This document shows, piece by piece, positions 20,603 to 31,221 of a DNA stretch of 64,000 nucleotides. This DNA is from a virus. Lineage: Duplodnaviria; Caudoviricetes. The stretch covers positions 1-64,000 of the IMG/VR virus record IMGVR_UViG_2974611114_000001. One strand, 5' to 3'. Below the pieces are notes generated by a model. It did no database searches. It saw nothing but the letters and a program-made list of their open reading frames with translations, and was not told the origin of the DNA. Both the position numbers and the translations under genes were made by a program. Position 1 is the stretch's first letter; every line of letters starts with the position of its first letter.

Positions 20603-22700
20603 GAATGATGCACCAGTGGCACTGGTTATTGACTCCGCTACAGTTGGGTACACTAGTGCCCTGCTGTACCATTCTGGATATAATGACCCAGACACTGTAG
20701 GTAAGGCATTTTGGGCAACACAGGGATCCTCTGAGACTTTTAACAATATACCGGATATAACAAAATTTTACGTCATATTAAGAAATCTACCTAGTGGTAC
20801 TTCCAGCGTTATAGGAGCATACTACGATTCTATGGTAGATGAAGAACTATTGCAAGCTAAATTACAGATTAACCTATCTGATCCATACCAAATAACTACT
20901 AAACAGCCTCCAAAGATAACCAATGTAGAGGCTGAGTATACTACTGTAGAGATCGGTGCAGGTCAAAGATACCTAAATATCCATACAACCGGTAATGGTG
21001 AGTATATAGAGATTGAGGCTATACCTGAAGCTGGTGGTAGCCCTATCCAAATATATACAGGTGAGCAAGCACCAGTAATAGTAGCAAACGGTATCGAATC
21101 TGGTAAGTATACATTTAGAGTACGTGGTACTATATTCTTTCCTAGTGGGCAGGATTCTGATGTATCTAGCTGGAGCACCTCTAAAGTATTTGACATATCG
21201 TATAAAACTACACCCCCTACCGCACCTAGCAACTTAGGTTTTGTAGCAGCACAAATAAAAGATGGGGTAACTAGGTATGATGTTAAATTAACTTGGGATT
21301 GGAATAGGGGTAGTGGTCCAGCTATACGTGACTTTGTAGTCTACTATGTTACTAAAACAGAATATGATAAAACTAAGTGGTCTACCGCATCTGTAATAAA
21401 TACTGGTGCCACACAGCAGGCAGTGTTAGTTAACTTTCCATGGGGTGTACCTAGTGTATTTAAGGTAGTTGCCACCACTTGGGGAACAGCTGGTAGTAAT
21501 ATAACTGAGTCAAGTGTAGCCAACTTTACACTTAATGATTCCACTAAAATAGATAATACATTTGCCAATGAGACTGGTATAGATATAACTAACTATCATA
21601 TCCTAGGTAGGCTACTAAGGGATAAAAAGTGGGTACAGACTTTTAGAATAGATGCTAAGACTGGTGCAGTTCAGTTAGGTGAGTTAGACGCAAATGGTAT
21701 CGCACCAGTAACTGTTAACCCAAATACTGGTCAAACAAATATAAATGGTAAAGTAATAACAGAGGATATTTACGCAGCTAACTTTATACTTACTAATCTA
21801 GATGGGAAAACAAATCCAGCCCTAAAGACCCAAGGTAAGTCCTATGGTAGTCCACTTCCTGGAATTTTTATGAGTGTAGACAACTCTGGAAAACCTAAAG
21901 TAGATATAGGGGATAAAGATAAGTATATAAGGTACGATGGAAGTGAGCTATCTATATCGGGCAATGTTAAAATAGGTAATCCAGCTAACGGACTTACACT
22001 TGAGGAAGGTCTAAAGGGTAAGTTAACCGTCTTTATTTATAAAATATGGTCTACACAGCCGCCAACCCCAACTGGTCAGGACTACCCACCCACAGGATGG
22101 GGTAAAACGCCCCCTAGTATAAGTGACCCATTTACACAGAAGATATGGGTAAGTACAGGCACACTAGATCCTTTTACAAATAAGCTAGCTTCTGGTGAAA
22201 ACTATTCTACACCGGTACAGTGGAGTGGTACTACAGGTAAAGATGGTAAGCCTGGGAACGATGGAAAGCCAGGAGACCCAGGAAAGCCTGGAGATCCAGG
22301 AAAGCCAGGTGCTAATGGACAAAGAGGGCCAGGATTCTACTCGCAACCTAGATCTAATGGTTCGTGGAGTGATGCCGATGCGACAGCATTCTTTAGAAAT
22401 AACTTTGGTGGTGCTCCTGTCAAGTATGACGTACTTACTCAGTTCCAATCTAATAACCCTGCAAATGCAACTACTCGTCAATGGAATGGCAGTGCGTGGG
22501 CAGCCGCAGCATTACTAGTTCATGGAAATATGATAGTTGACGGTAGTATAACTGCAAAGAAAATGATTGCAGATAGTGCCTTCTTTGCGAATGCAGGAAT
22601 TGACGTAATTTATAATAGAGACGCGGCGTTATCCTCTAATCCAGAGGCTAACTATAAGATGAAGATTGATCTTAAGAACTCGGAGATACATATAAGATGA
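20595..22700 (+). CDS. central straight fibre (pb4-like)
   Basis: FnIII-like repeats, C-terminal GNMIVDGSITA spike motif; synteny. Confidence 0.88.
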   Translation: MIKNDAPVALVIDSATVGYTSALLYHSGYNDPDTVGKAFWATQGSSETFNNIPDITKFYVILRNLPSGTSSVIGAYYDSMVDEELLQAKLQINLSDPYQITTKQPPKITNVEAEYTTVEIGAGQRYLNIHTTGNGEYIEIEAIPEAGGSPIQIYTGEQAPVIVANGIESGKYTFRVRGTIFFPSGQDSDVSSWSTSKVFDISYKTTPPTAPSNLGFVAAQIKDGVTRYDVKLTWDWNRGSGPAIRDFVVYYVTKTEYDKTKWSTASVINTGATQQAVLVNFPWGVPSVFKVVATTWGTAGSNITESSVANFTLNDSTKIDNTFANETGIDITNYHILGRLLRDKKWVQTFRIDAKTGAVQLGELDANGIAPVTVNPNTGQTNINGKVITEDIYAANFILTNLDGKTNPALKTQGKSYGSPLPGIFMSVDNSGKPKVDIGDKDKYIRYDGSELSISGNVKIGNPANGLTLEEGLKGKLTVFIYKIWSTQPPTPTGQDYPPTGWGKTPPSISDPFTQKIWVSTGTLDPFTNKLASGENYSTPVQWSGTTGKDGKPGNDGKPGDPGKPGDPGKPGANGQRGPGFYSQPRSNGSWSDADATAFFRNNFGGAPVKYDVLTQFQSNNPANATTRQWNGSAWAAAALLVHGNMIVDGSITAKKMIADSAFFANAGIDVIYNRDAALSSNPEANYKMKIDLKNSEIHIR
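22236..22334 (+). repeat. collagen-like G-X-Y repeat in the straight fibre
   Basis: GKDGKPGNDGKPGDPGKPGDPGKPGANGQRGPG. Confidence 0.9.
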
Positions 22701-23107
22701 TTATAGAAAATAGGACAGTAGACCTTAGGATGGATGCTAATCTAGATTTCGGGTATTTACTACAGTTTACGGAAGTAGACGTCGATGATTTTGGTAAGGA
22801 AACGATACTACCAATAGACCTTACAGGATTCTCCTTCAAAGGAAGTATATCAGATAAACTGAATGATGGGAAGGAATTAGCTAACTTTGATATTGAGATA
22901 GCAGATGCTAAGAAAGGCATAGTTACTCTATTCCTAGATAAAGATATTGTCAATTCTTTACCAAGACGGAAAGATTCAAAAGCAGAGGAGTATAACTCTA
23001 GATTAAAGTTCGTGGGATATTATGATGTTATATCTACTAATACTTTAGGATCTCAAGTGAGAATATTAGAAGGTAAGATTTTTATAAGTGAAGGGGTGAC
23101 TAAATGA
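22697..23107 (+). CDS. collar protein for L-fibre attachment (p132-like)
   Basis: PIDLTGFS...GYYDV...RILEGKIFISEGVT; synteny. Confidence 0.85.
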   Translation: MIIENRTVDLRMDANLDFGYLLQFTEVDVDDFGKETILPIDLTGFSFKGSISDKLNDGKELANFDIEIADAKKGIVTLFLDKDIVNSLPRRKDSKAEEYNSRLKFVGYYDVISTNTLGSQVRILEGKIFISEGVTK

Positions 23108-25689
23108 GTGCTAAATATACAAGAATAACAGTAACTCCCGATATTGGGGAAGCACTACAGGTAGGAGCGAAAGCTCCTTTTGTAGTTAACCTATCTCAAT
23201 CTATATCAGGGGTGACAATAGAAGAACTTACCAAAGTGTCTTCAGAAGTAAAGAAGGATGCCTTATCAGCTAGTAACTCAGCTAAGGCAGCTAAGGTTTC
23301 AGAAACCAATGCTAAAGGTAGTGCTGACATTGCTAAGAGTCAGGCAGATCTTGCAAAAGAACAAGTAGTATTAGCTACTGAACAAGTAGAGGAGGCTAAA
23401 AATCAAGTAGGTCTTGCGAAAGAGCAGGTAGTATTGGCTACTGAACAAGTAGTGGAAGCTAAAAATCAAGTAGACCTAGCAAAAGAACAGGTAGGTTTAG
23501 CTACTGAACAAGTAGTGGAAGCTAAAAATCAGGTAGGTTTAGCTACTGAACAGGTAAGTAAGGCTAAAGATCAAGTAGGTCTTGCGAAAGATCAGGTAGT
23601 TCTAGCTACTGAACAAGCTGGCATTGCCACTGATAGGGCATTAGAGGCAACTAATCAAGCTAATCTAGCTAAAGTAAGCTCTGACGAAGCTACTACTCAA
23701 GCTGCGTTAGCAACTACGAAGGCTGATGAAGCTAAAGCAAGTGCAGAGAGCTCTAGCACTTCTGCTATGGAATCCAAGAACTCAGCTACTGAGTCAGATA
23801 ACAGTGCGAAACTTGCTGAGCAAAATTCGCAGGAGGCTAAAGTTTCTGCTGATGCAGCTAAGGTTTCCGAAACTAATGCTAAAGGTAGTGCTGATAGTGC
23901 AGAGGCATCCCTAAATGAGCTAAAATCTCATACGTACGATAAAGGTACTATAAATTCTAAGCTAGGCGATAAAGTTAACAAGTCTGGGGATGTAATGACT
24001 GGGGCACTTACAACAACTACTAAAGTAATTACCAAATCAGCTAATAGTGAAAATTCTGTAGGGTTCGTATCCAATAATTCTGGAGTTTCTTTTATAGAAT
24101 ACCAAAAGGGTTCAGATTATTACACGCATAAAATTCCTGAAAAATCTGGAACACTACTTTTGGCTGGCGACTTTGGGCTAGGCAGTAATGTGGTATATGA
24201 TGGCAGTACCCCTAGTTCTCAATCGCCTAAAGATGCTAATGACATTACTTCAACTGGATTTTACGGTGGTGGAGGCTCCTCGGCATCTAACTATTTTAAT
24301 AATTACTACCCAATACTATCGATGACTCGAACTGGTGGAGATGGGACAGGATATATAACTCAGATACAGGGTAGTGATGGTAAGTTAGGTTTCAGACACA
24401 GGGTTCAGAATAACTGGACGGATTGGTATCACCCAGTAATACTTAATCATAAAGGTTTACAAAAACTAGACGGTAGTATAGTTGCACAGAATCATAGGAT
24501 AGGAGCAAATCCAATTTCTGTCACTAGGGATGGAAATGACTATTTAAATCTTTATCCTCCAAAAGTAGGTGATGGTAAAGATTTAGGATTCTTTCAATAT
24601 AATCTTGGGAATGTTTGGAATGGTGTACTAAAAATACCAAGGGTTCCTGCAGGTGGTACAAGAGAGCTAGTGGTAAAGGAAGAAAACAACATATTAGTTC
24701 ACGGATCACAGCATTGGGCAGGTTTAAGGCTATATAAAGCTAGCGGTGAGTATGCGATGTTGGAAACTAATTCATCGAATAATGAGATTTTATCTTTAGC
24801 TTATAGAGATTCTACAGGCTCTAATGTTAGTGTTCTTAGGTTTCCTAGGCAAGACGGTCAGGTAATGGTTCAAGGGGATTATGGATTTGCTGGTAATGGT
24901 ATATCTGAAGGTTTAGATGAAAGTAGATTAACATCTAAAGTTTTTAATTCCAAACATTCTCAAATATTTAGATCTTCTTCAAACCCAGGAAAATTTGGAA
25001 CAATTTATTCCCCTACCCTATTTTTAACTACAGGCGATACATGGGCGACAATAGCCACTAGCTACTTAACAGGAAACGTCACTGTTGCGTCTAGTAATAG
25101 GAATAAATCAAATCCCATAAACTTTAACAACTTGTGGGGTACATCTAACACTACAACTGATAGCAATGGTTTTATTAAAAAGGCGTCCCCTGTTATAACA
25201 ATAATAGCAGACGGTGCATTCACAACTAACGATGAATCAGAAGGTGCTACAGTTACTAGAGTAGCCCAGGGTGAGTATCTTATTGAGGGTGTACTCGGAT
25301 TTAACTCAGATGCAGGTTGGGGGGGTGCTGATGGCGGTATTGAAATTCCACTTGATGTGAATAAACAGCCATTAATTTGGGTAGACTATAAAGTTATGGA
25401 AGATGGGTCTATTCTTATTAAGACGTATCATAGGACTCACCCTAGTGCACCTAAGTTCGCTCGTAATGATATTGCTGGTTACAGCGATGGTGATCCAATC
25501 GATATACCAAACGGTCGTTTTATTTCCGTTCGTGTACAGATGCCTGAGCAATCGATCTATAATGTGAGAATGCGTGAACTAGAGGAGTCTAGTACTCTTT
25601 ATGAAAAGTATCATAAACCAATAGAGGAGGCTTGGGAAAATAAACCAGAATACATAAATGATGCAATGGATAAATTCCTGAACATCTAA
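23104..25689 (+). CDS. L-shaped (side) tail fibre
   Basis: N-terminal coiled-coil repeats, KVNKSGDVMTG, GDFGLG modules, C-terminal DSNGFIKKASP domain typical of enterobacterial prophage fibres. Confidence 0.88.
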   Translation: MSAKYTRITVTPDIGEALQVGAKAPFVVNLSQSISGVTIEELTKVSSEVKKDALSASNSAKAAKVSETNAKGSADIAKSQADLAKEQVVLATEQVEEAKNQVGLAKEQVVLATEQVVEAKNQVDLAKEQVGLATEQVVEAKNQVGLATEQVSKAKDQVGLAKDQVVLATEQAGIATDRALEATNQANLAKVSSDEATTQAALATTKADEAKASAESSSTSAMESKNSATESDNSAKLAEQNSQEAKVSADAAKVSETNAKGSADSAEASLNELKSHTYDKGTINSKLGDKVNKSGDVMTGALTTTTKVITKSANSENSVGFVSNNSGVSFIEYQKGSDYYTHKIPEKSGTLLLAGDFGLGSNVVYDGSTPSSQSPKDANDITSTGFYGGGGSSASNYFNNYYPILSMTRTGGDGTGYITQIQGSDGKLGFRHRVQNNWTDWYHPVILNHKGLQKLDGSIVAQNHRIGANPISVTRDGNDYLNLYPPKVGDGKDLGFFQYNLGNVWNGVLKIPRVPAGGTRELVVKEENNILVHGSQHWAGLRLYKASGEYAMLETNSSNNEILSLAYRDSTGSNVSVLRFPRQDGQVMVQGDYGFAGNGISEGLDESRLTSKVFNSKHSQIFRSSSNPGKFGTIYSPTLFLTTGDTWATIATSYLTGNVTVASSNRNKSNPINFNNLWGTSNTTTDSNGFIKKASPVITIIADGAFTTNDESEGATVTRVAQGEYLIEGVLGFNSDAGWGGADGGIEIPLDVNKQPLIWVDYKVMEDGSILIKTYHRTHPSAPKFARNDIAGYSDGDPIDIPNGRFISVRVQMPEQSIYNVRMRELEESSTLYEKYHKPIEEAWENKPEYINDAMDKFLNI
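23350..23616 (+). repeat. 7/21-aa tandem repeats in the fibre shaft
   Basis: LAKEQVV-LATEQVV-EAKNQVG units repeated with 21-nt periodicity. Confidence 0.9.
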
Positions 25690-25691
25690 AT

Positions 25692-25727
25692 AAAAACCCC
25701 AGACAGGTTTCCATGTCTGGGGTTTTG
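25692..25727. terminator. bidirectional terminator between convergent late and replication modules
   Basis: AAAACCCCAGACA-loop-TGTCTGGGGTTTT. Confidence 0.9.
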
Positions 25728-25729
25728 TG

Positions 25730-26191
25730 TTATTTAACTCCTGAACTACCAAACCCAGATGCGCCTCTGGCGGTATCTGAAAGCTCGGAAATATCGGATA
25801 CATACTCCACACAGTGAGGATTCATATGTGGAACAATAACCATTTGGGCGATACGATCATAATTACCTATAACTATATCTTCTTTACCTTTATTTCGTAC
25901 TGTAATACCTATCTCACCACGATAGTCACTGTCAATAAGACCAACAGTATTCATGATCTCGATACCTTTTGTGCCTAAGCCACTACGAGGTATAATCATT
26001 GCACACCAGCCTTCAGGGATCTCAACAGACACACCAGTGGTTCTAGATATGGATTGACCCGGACTTAATACTACCATTTCACTAGATGGGTTTCTTTCAT
26101 CACCTAGCTCAATTCGCAAGTCTATTGCAGCTGCACCAGCACTACCAATATGGGGTTTACATTTTTCGTTCTTTAAATGCATTCTAATCAT
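25730..26191 (-). CDS. dut: dUTPase
   Basis: AAIDL, PRSGLG, GLIDSDYRGE, RIAQ and RGASGFGSSG motifs. Confidence 0.97.
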   Translation of the reverse strand: MIRMHLKNEKCKPHIGSAGAAAIDLRIELGDERNPSSEMVVLSPGQSISRTTGVSVEIPEGWCAMIIPRSGLGTKGIEIMNTVGLIDSDYRGEIGITVRNKGKEDIVIGNYDRIAQMVIVPHMNPHCVEYVSDISELSDTARGASGFGSSGVK

Positions 26192-26194
26192 CTA

Positions 26195-27061
26195 TTACTC
26201 TCCAAATACTTCCGAGTATACTCGGGACTTAAACTCATCATATACACCAGCATGTACTAATGCATCATACGCAAAAGATCGTAAATCTACTAATAATAGG
26301 TTACGTTCAATTATATCTTGACCATCCCTTATATTGCAGATGAATTTCTGGGAACCTACTAGATCAGGGATACTATCTAAGAAGTGAGCAGTAGAGTTAA
26401 ACTCACGAATTACTGAGTACCCTCTCTTTTTACCTACCCCATCTATACCTCTAATGTTATCCCCTAGATCACCTTGAATGGCTTTAAGTAAAGCAAACTG
26501 TTCAGGACTATCTGCACCGTGCTCTTCAAACATATTATCTATAGTGAACATTTTTCTAGTAGTAAAAGCAAATCTAGATACTCGCTCACGTAAAAAAGTA
26601 TCCCAGTCTCCGTCAGTAGATAATAGAAATACTTCTTCTACATGTTCTCCATCAATAGCCCAATCAGTTATTAAAGCTGCCATATCGTCAGCTTCGACGT
26701 CCTGATACTTAAACAACGGGAAAGTATCAGCTAATGAATCAACAGCATCCCGCATCATAAAGAACCACTCAGCCTCTGCTGCCCGCTGAGCTTCACTCAT
26801 AGCCTCACGTTTTTTCTTCCTGTTCTCTTTATACTCGGGAAGTATTTCTTTCCTATATGAAGATACTCCCTTATCTGATAATAGAACCACCTTTCCACAT
26901 GAATAGCTTTTAGCAAAAGATCTAATACTTGTTTCTAGTTTCTTTGCAAAATCCTCTACCGAAGATGCAGAACTTATTGAGCGTGAAAAGTTCATCATAT
27001 CTACAATAAGTAGATTATCGCCAACCAATTCCGTAGACAGCATTTTAGTCCAACTTGACAT
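26195..27061 (-). CDS. flap endonuclease / 5'-3' exonuclease (D15-like)
   Basis: YRKEILPEYKENR, EADD, STDGD, GDLGDNIRGIDGVG (H3TH). Confidence 0.95.
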   Translation of the reverse strand: MSSWTKMLSTELVGDNLLIVDMMNFSRSISSASSVEDFAKKLETSIRSFAKSYSCGKVVLLSDKGVSSYRKEILPEYKENRKKKREAMSEAQRAAEAEWFFMMRDAVDSLADTFPLFKYQDVEADDMAALITDWAIDGEHVEEVFLLSTDGDWDTFLRERVSRFAFTTRKMFTIDNMFEEHGADSPEQFALLKAIQGDLGDNIRGIDGVGKKRGYSVIREFNSTAHFLDSIPDLVGSQKFICNIRDGQDIIERNLLLVDLRSFAYDALVHAGVYDEFKSRVYSEVFGE

Positions 27062-27543
27062 TATTGAATTATTTCCTCTTTACTAATGTTATGTAGCCAA
27101 ACTTTGAATTGACCTATAATTACATTAGTTTCTCTTTTAGAGATAACTATATAGTGGTGATCTAATAAAGCAGATGCGGACTCATCTTCATAATCTAAGG
27201 CTATTAACCATTCGCCCTTATCTTTCTTAAATACCAAAGCAGGCTTCATATTCATCTGCTCAGCCTCTCTAGTAGTCTGTTCCCACCACTTCTCTATTTG
27301 ATGCGTTCCAACGTTGAATATATTAGAGTTTAATTGATCATCTTTGTACCATTTAACTTCATAGCAGTAAACACTGTGTGCTTTCTGTGAAGGGGGAAGA
27401 TAGACATCCCCCTTAAGTGCATGAGATTCATTAAACGCCCCAGAGCCTGGAACACGCTCCCACTTTAGTCCTGTTTTATCACGCAGTAGATCGCGTACCT
27501 GCATTTCACCACGTTTTCCCTTTTCCCTTACATTAATAGCCAT
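27061..27543 (-). CDS. D14-like PD-(D/E)xK endonuclease / resolvase
   Basis: KGKRGE...PGSGA...KGD...EVK. Confidence 0.85.
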   Translation of the reverse strand: MAINVREKGKRGEMQVRDLLRDKTGLKWERVPGSGAFNESHALKGDVYLPPSQKAHSVYCYEVKWYKDDQLNSNIFNVGTHQIEKWWEQTTREAEQMNMKPALVFKKDKGEWLIALDYEDESASALLDHHYIVISKRETNVIIGQFKVWLHNISKEEIIQ

Positions 27544-29397
27544 TTAGTTTTCCAAATACGATATATCTTTATCGTCCATAATAACAGATACCGAATCTGC
27601 TAACGGGTGTGAATATCCATGAGATACTACAAAAGTATTTAATTGATCCTCTTCAAGCAGTAACTCTATTAATGTGTCCATACCATTAGGGTCTAAGAAA
27701 CTAACAACCTCATCTAGAAATAATAAATTAATATTAACCTTACTAATGTTAGTCATTAGCTTTCTTATAGCTAATAACGTGGCTAATTTTATTCTTTCTT
27801 TTTGACCTGTGGAACAAGACGTCATTGATGTTTTGATACCGTTGTTATAAATAACTACCTGTAGCTTTGTATTGTCTAGCTCAAAAGCTAAAGCAAACTT
27901 ACCAGAAGTAATAACAGATAGGTAATCATTAATTATACTTTCAAAAGCCTTTATGCTATACTCTAACTTATACGCTACAATCTCTTTAAGAGTCTTAGCT
28001 ATAATCTCTAGTCTTGCTAACTTAGGCTGGAGTTCTGCTAGTTCCGCCTTAAGCGAACTTAGCTCTGCTTCCTGAACTTTTAATTGATCCTCTGCACTTT
28101 GCTTAGTAGCACTTAGCTTATGGTATTCTACTTCTTTGGCTCTATAGAGTTTTAAGGCTGAGGTAGTACTTGCTAGTTCTGAATTTAAATCTTTTATCCT
28201 TTTAATAAAATCAGAAATGTCCTCCGCCTCTGGTATATCAACTTCCTCTTTCTCAAATGCTTCAAGGTCTTTGATAGCTTTTTCATATTTAGCCTTAGCA
28301 GTAGATACTTTAGTAAATTTAGACTGCTCCTCTTTTAGATCAGCAACTTCCGCCTCTAATGCTACCCTTTCTTGATAGATAGGATTATACTCGTTCTTAA
28401 TAGACTCCAAAGCGTTGGCTACATGAGTAACATCTAAGGGCTGATGGCACGTAGGGCATTCGGTCTTTTCTACTTCTGACTTTAGCTTATTATATTGAGC
28501 TTTTATACTATTGGACTTAAAAGTAAGCTCCTGCAATTTGGTAGACTTATCAGATAAATCCTCAGAGTGGTCACTAACTGTATCTACTATATCAGATAAC
28601 AGTAATAGTTCTTTTTCAGCTGCCTGTACAAGATCGTCCAGTCTCTTGCGCTTAAGAGAAATTGCTTTACTTCTTTCTGCAAGTGCATTCGCTGTTTGAA
28701 CTCTAGAATTTAGTTCAGATATCTCTTCCTGTATAGCTGATGTATTATCCACTGGCTCTTCTGGTAACTCAGGAACTTCAGAATTTAGAATTTCTAATGT
28801 ATGTTTTACTATACGAGATACTGTGGCTGAGTTCTGCTCTAGGCTAGTAATCCTAGATTTAACTTCTTTAGCAACTTCTTTAATTATGTTTTCTGACTCT
28901 TTGTACTGGGTCTGATCAGTAAGACCAACTAAAAACTCTTTTCTTTTTGCATCAGTTGATGTTAAGAAATCCAAACTAGAGTCTACTGATTGATAGATTA
29001 ATTTAGAGAACGTAGGAAAATCACATCCAATTATTTCTTGAATTATGGAATAAGTTTGAGTTGCAGTATGTCCACTTATATCATTTCCATTCTCTGTTAG
29101 CGTTACCTTAGTGGTGGATTTAACTAACTTATCAATTATGTATTCGTTACTACCCTTAATAAAGCATAGCTTTATACTATACTCTTTAGACTCAGATCTC
29201 CAATTGAATAAGTCCGCTTTCTTAATTCCCTTAGAATTCTTATTATAAGTAACCTCTTCTAGTATCGTAGCTAGTGAAGATTTACCCGCTCCATTGTTTC
29301 CCAATATCTGAGTAACTTTGGAGTTTGTAAACTCAATCCTATTATTACTACCATATGATAGTATATTAGAGAATTCCATATACTTAAGTATTAACAT
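27544..29397 (-). CDS. SbcC/Rad50-like recombination ATPase (D13-like)
   Basis: Walker A GNNGAGKS, zinc hook CPTC, signature STGQ, LFLDE. Confidence 0.95.
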   Translation of the reverse strand: MLILKYMEFSNILSYGSNNRIEFTNSKVTQILGNNGAGKSSLATILEEVTYNKNSKGIKKADLFNWRSESKEYSIKLCFIKGSNEYIIDKLVKSTTKVTLTENGNDISGHTATQTYSIIQEIIGCDFPTFSKLIYQSVDSSLDFLTSTDAKRKEFLVGLTDQTQYKESENIIKEVAKEVKSRITSLEQNSATVSRIVKHTLEILNSEVPELPEEPVDNTSAIQEEISELNSRVQTANALAERSKAISLKRKRLDDLVQAAEKELLLLSDIVDTVSDHSEDLSDKSTKLQELTFKSNSIKAQYNKLKSEVEKTECPTCHQPLDVTHVANALESIKNEYNPIYQERVALEAEVADLKEEQSKFTKVSTAKAKYEKAIKDLEAFEKEEVDIPEAEDISDFIKRIKDLNSELASTTSALKLYRAKEVEYHKLSATKQSAEDQLKVQEAELSSLKAELAELQPKLARLEIIAKTLKEIVAYKLEYSIKAFESIINDYLSVITSGKFALAFELDNTKLQVVIYNNGIKTSMTSCSTGQKERIKLATLLAIRKLMTNISKVNINLLFLDEVVSFLDPNGMDTLIELLLEEDQLNTFVVSHGYSHPLADSVSVIMDDKDISYLEN

Positions 29398-30391
29398 TAA
29401 CGTGCTCCAGAAGCTCCTTAGATAGTGCTTCTATCTCTGGAGTGCTAAGATTCTCTATGTCCTTCCAATATAATGCACACTCTTCTATAAGATTGGTTGC
29501 TTGGGACATATCAAGTTTAGCATCTTTTGTTTCTATAATATTTTTCTTCTTATCCAGTAGCTCTTCATTTGCCACCGATTTAAGTTCAACAACATTACCT
29601 TCTACTTCATATACTATATGATCATATTCACCAGGTACTAGATCTTCTCCAACAGTTATAGTTTTCCTTAGTAACTGTGGTAAATGCCCTAGTTCAATCC
29701 ATGTATAGTCTATAGGGTTATCAGTATCAATTATTAAAACTCCATTAGTCCCTTTAGTACGTTCTCTATGGAATGTTGTGGTTAATGGAGACCCCGGGTA
29801 TACTAACTGTATTCCCTGAGATATTTCCTGAGTATTAGTATGTGAGTGTAGATCCCCTGCAAATACTATTTTATACCCGTGATCAACGAAACGTTGTAGA
29901 TCGATCTCTGGAACTACATGAGGTTCAATAGTTCCTCTAACATGTGTAAAACATATATCGGAACATCTGGGTTCCCACTCTCTGTCCTTTAATTGCTGAT
30001 ACCCTATAATGTCAAATTCTGGACTTCTGTAAGATTCCACTATTTTATGCAGACTACTAGCTTTGGATGTTGAGAACTCTAAGTGAGAAAGACACGATAG
30101 TTTTTTGGTTATCATTTCATGATTACCAGAATATATAATTTCTGGTATGTCATTCCATATAGCCTGTATTCTAGAGTACAGGTCAGTTTCTTCCGTGTTT
30201 GGTAGTGGTTTATGGAAAACATCTCCACCATTTATAATTAAGTCACATCCATGTTCATTATATATTTTCTTTACTTCTTCTGCTAGTAAGGTAAATCTAT
30301 TTGTCTGCCAGTCTTTAGGTACTTTATCAGACTTTAACGTTTTACCCTTTCCTAGCTCTATGTGCATATCTGCTATAAATAGGATTTTCAT
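29384..30391 (-). CDS. SbcD/Mre11-like nuclease (D12-like)
   Basis: ADMH, GGD, GNHE, GDLH, YPGSP metallophosphoesterase motifs. Confidence 0.95.
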   Translation of the reverse strand: MKILFIADMHIELGKGKTLKSDKVPKDWQTNRFTLLAEEVKKIYNEHGCDLIINGGDVFHKPLPNTEETDLYSRIQAIWNDIPEIIYSGNHEMITKKLSCLSHLEFSTSKASSLHKIVESYRSPEFDIIGYQQLKDREWEPRCSDICFTHVRGTIEPHVVPEIDLQRFVDHGYKIVFAGDLHSHTNTQEISQGIQLVYPGSPLTTTFHRERTKGTNGVLIIDTDNPIDYTWIELGHLPQLLRKTITVGEDLVPGEYDHIVYEVEGNVVELKSVANEELLDKKKNIIETKDAKLDMSQATNLIEECALYWKDIENLSTPEIEALSKELLEHVNVNT

Positions 30392-30404
30392 AATCACCAT
30401 ACGA

Positions 30405-30428
30405 CAAAGGGGCAATTAAGCCCCTTTG
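30405..30428 (-). terminator. intrinsic terminator hairpin
   Basis: CAAAGGGGC-AATTAA-GCCCCTTTG. Confidence 0.75.
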
Positions 30429-30437
30429 AATTTAGTA

Positions 30438-31220
30438 TTAATCTAAGTCGTTAGCCATTTCTTGGGCATCTGCACTAGCACCAGCTCGTGCATTATCTGA
30501 TGCACCTGCACCTGACTTATTGTCATCATCCTTAGTTTTAGCTAAGAATTCAGTAACTTGAGTTAATTGAGCTTGTGCTGATTCAGGTAATGGGAAGACT
30601 TCACTTAATGGTTTGATGTCAGCGAATCCAACAATCTCATTACCATTCTTAATAGCTTCACCAGTAATCTTCATATGCTCTTCAGGGAAGGAGTGTGCTC
30701 CCTGATGGAACTTCTGAGCTGCCCCAATTGCTGAAGCGGTATTGATACTATATGTGGTATCTTTACCCGTGCCTTTCTTGGTGATAGTAAACTCAATATC
30801 ATAGATACCAACTGGAGTACCTAGTTGTGCTAAAGTAGCCATTGTTTCGCCTAAGCTATCAAAGATAGACTTTTTCAGATCTAACAGCTTTAATTTACCA
30901 TCTTCCATATCAATAACCCACGCAAGGTAATTACGAGCTGCCTTTACTTGCTCCTTAGTTTTACTAAATGGGTTAAACTGTACAATATTCATATCTTGGA
31001 TTGGGTCAGACTTTCCAGACCAAGACTCTGTTTCACGATTGAAGCGTAAGCAATCGAATGGTGCGTTAATGCCTAATGCTTCGTTGCGAATCCAGTACAC
31101 GTAGCGTGCTAAAGGTTCTGAAACGATACGTACAGTGTTAGTGGTTTTCTTTTTGAAGTCAACATATTCAAATTTGTTTGAAGTTGCTTCACCTTTCATT
31201 GTTCCCCATGTAATAGCCAT
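30438..31220 (-). CDS. single-stranded DNA-binding protein (D11-like)
   Basis: MAITWG start, RYVYW, acidic C-terminal tail; synteny. Confidence 0.8.
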   Translation of the reverse strand: MAITWGTMKGEATSNKFEYVDFKKKTTNTVRIVSEPLARYVYWIRNEALGINAPFDCLRFNRETESWSGKSDPIQDMNIVQFNPFSKTKEQVKAARNYLAWVIDMEDGKLKLLDLKKSIFDSLGETMATLAQLGTPVGIYDIEFTITKKGTGKDTTYSINTASAIGAAQKFHQGAHSFPEEHMKITGEAIKNGNEIVGFADIKPLSEVFPLPESAQAQLTQVTEFLAKTKDDDNKSGAGASDNARAGASADAQEMANDLD

Positions 31221-31221
31221 A

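Noticed and set aside
23350-23616. Tandem repeats as a CRISPR array
   Set aside because: In-frame coding heptad repeats with no unique spacers and no cas genes
1203-24709. Many short opposite-strand or off-frame ORFs within structural genes (e.g. 6068-6427 poly-GS, 22185-22481)
   Set aside because: Shadow frames of real genes or repeats; no RBS or motifs
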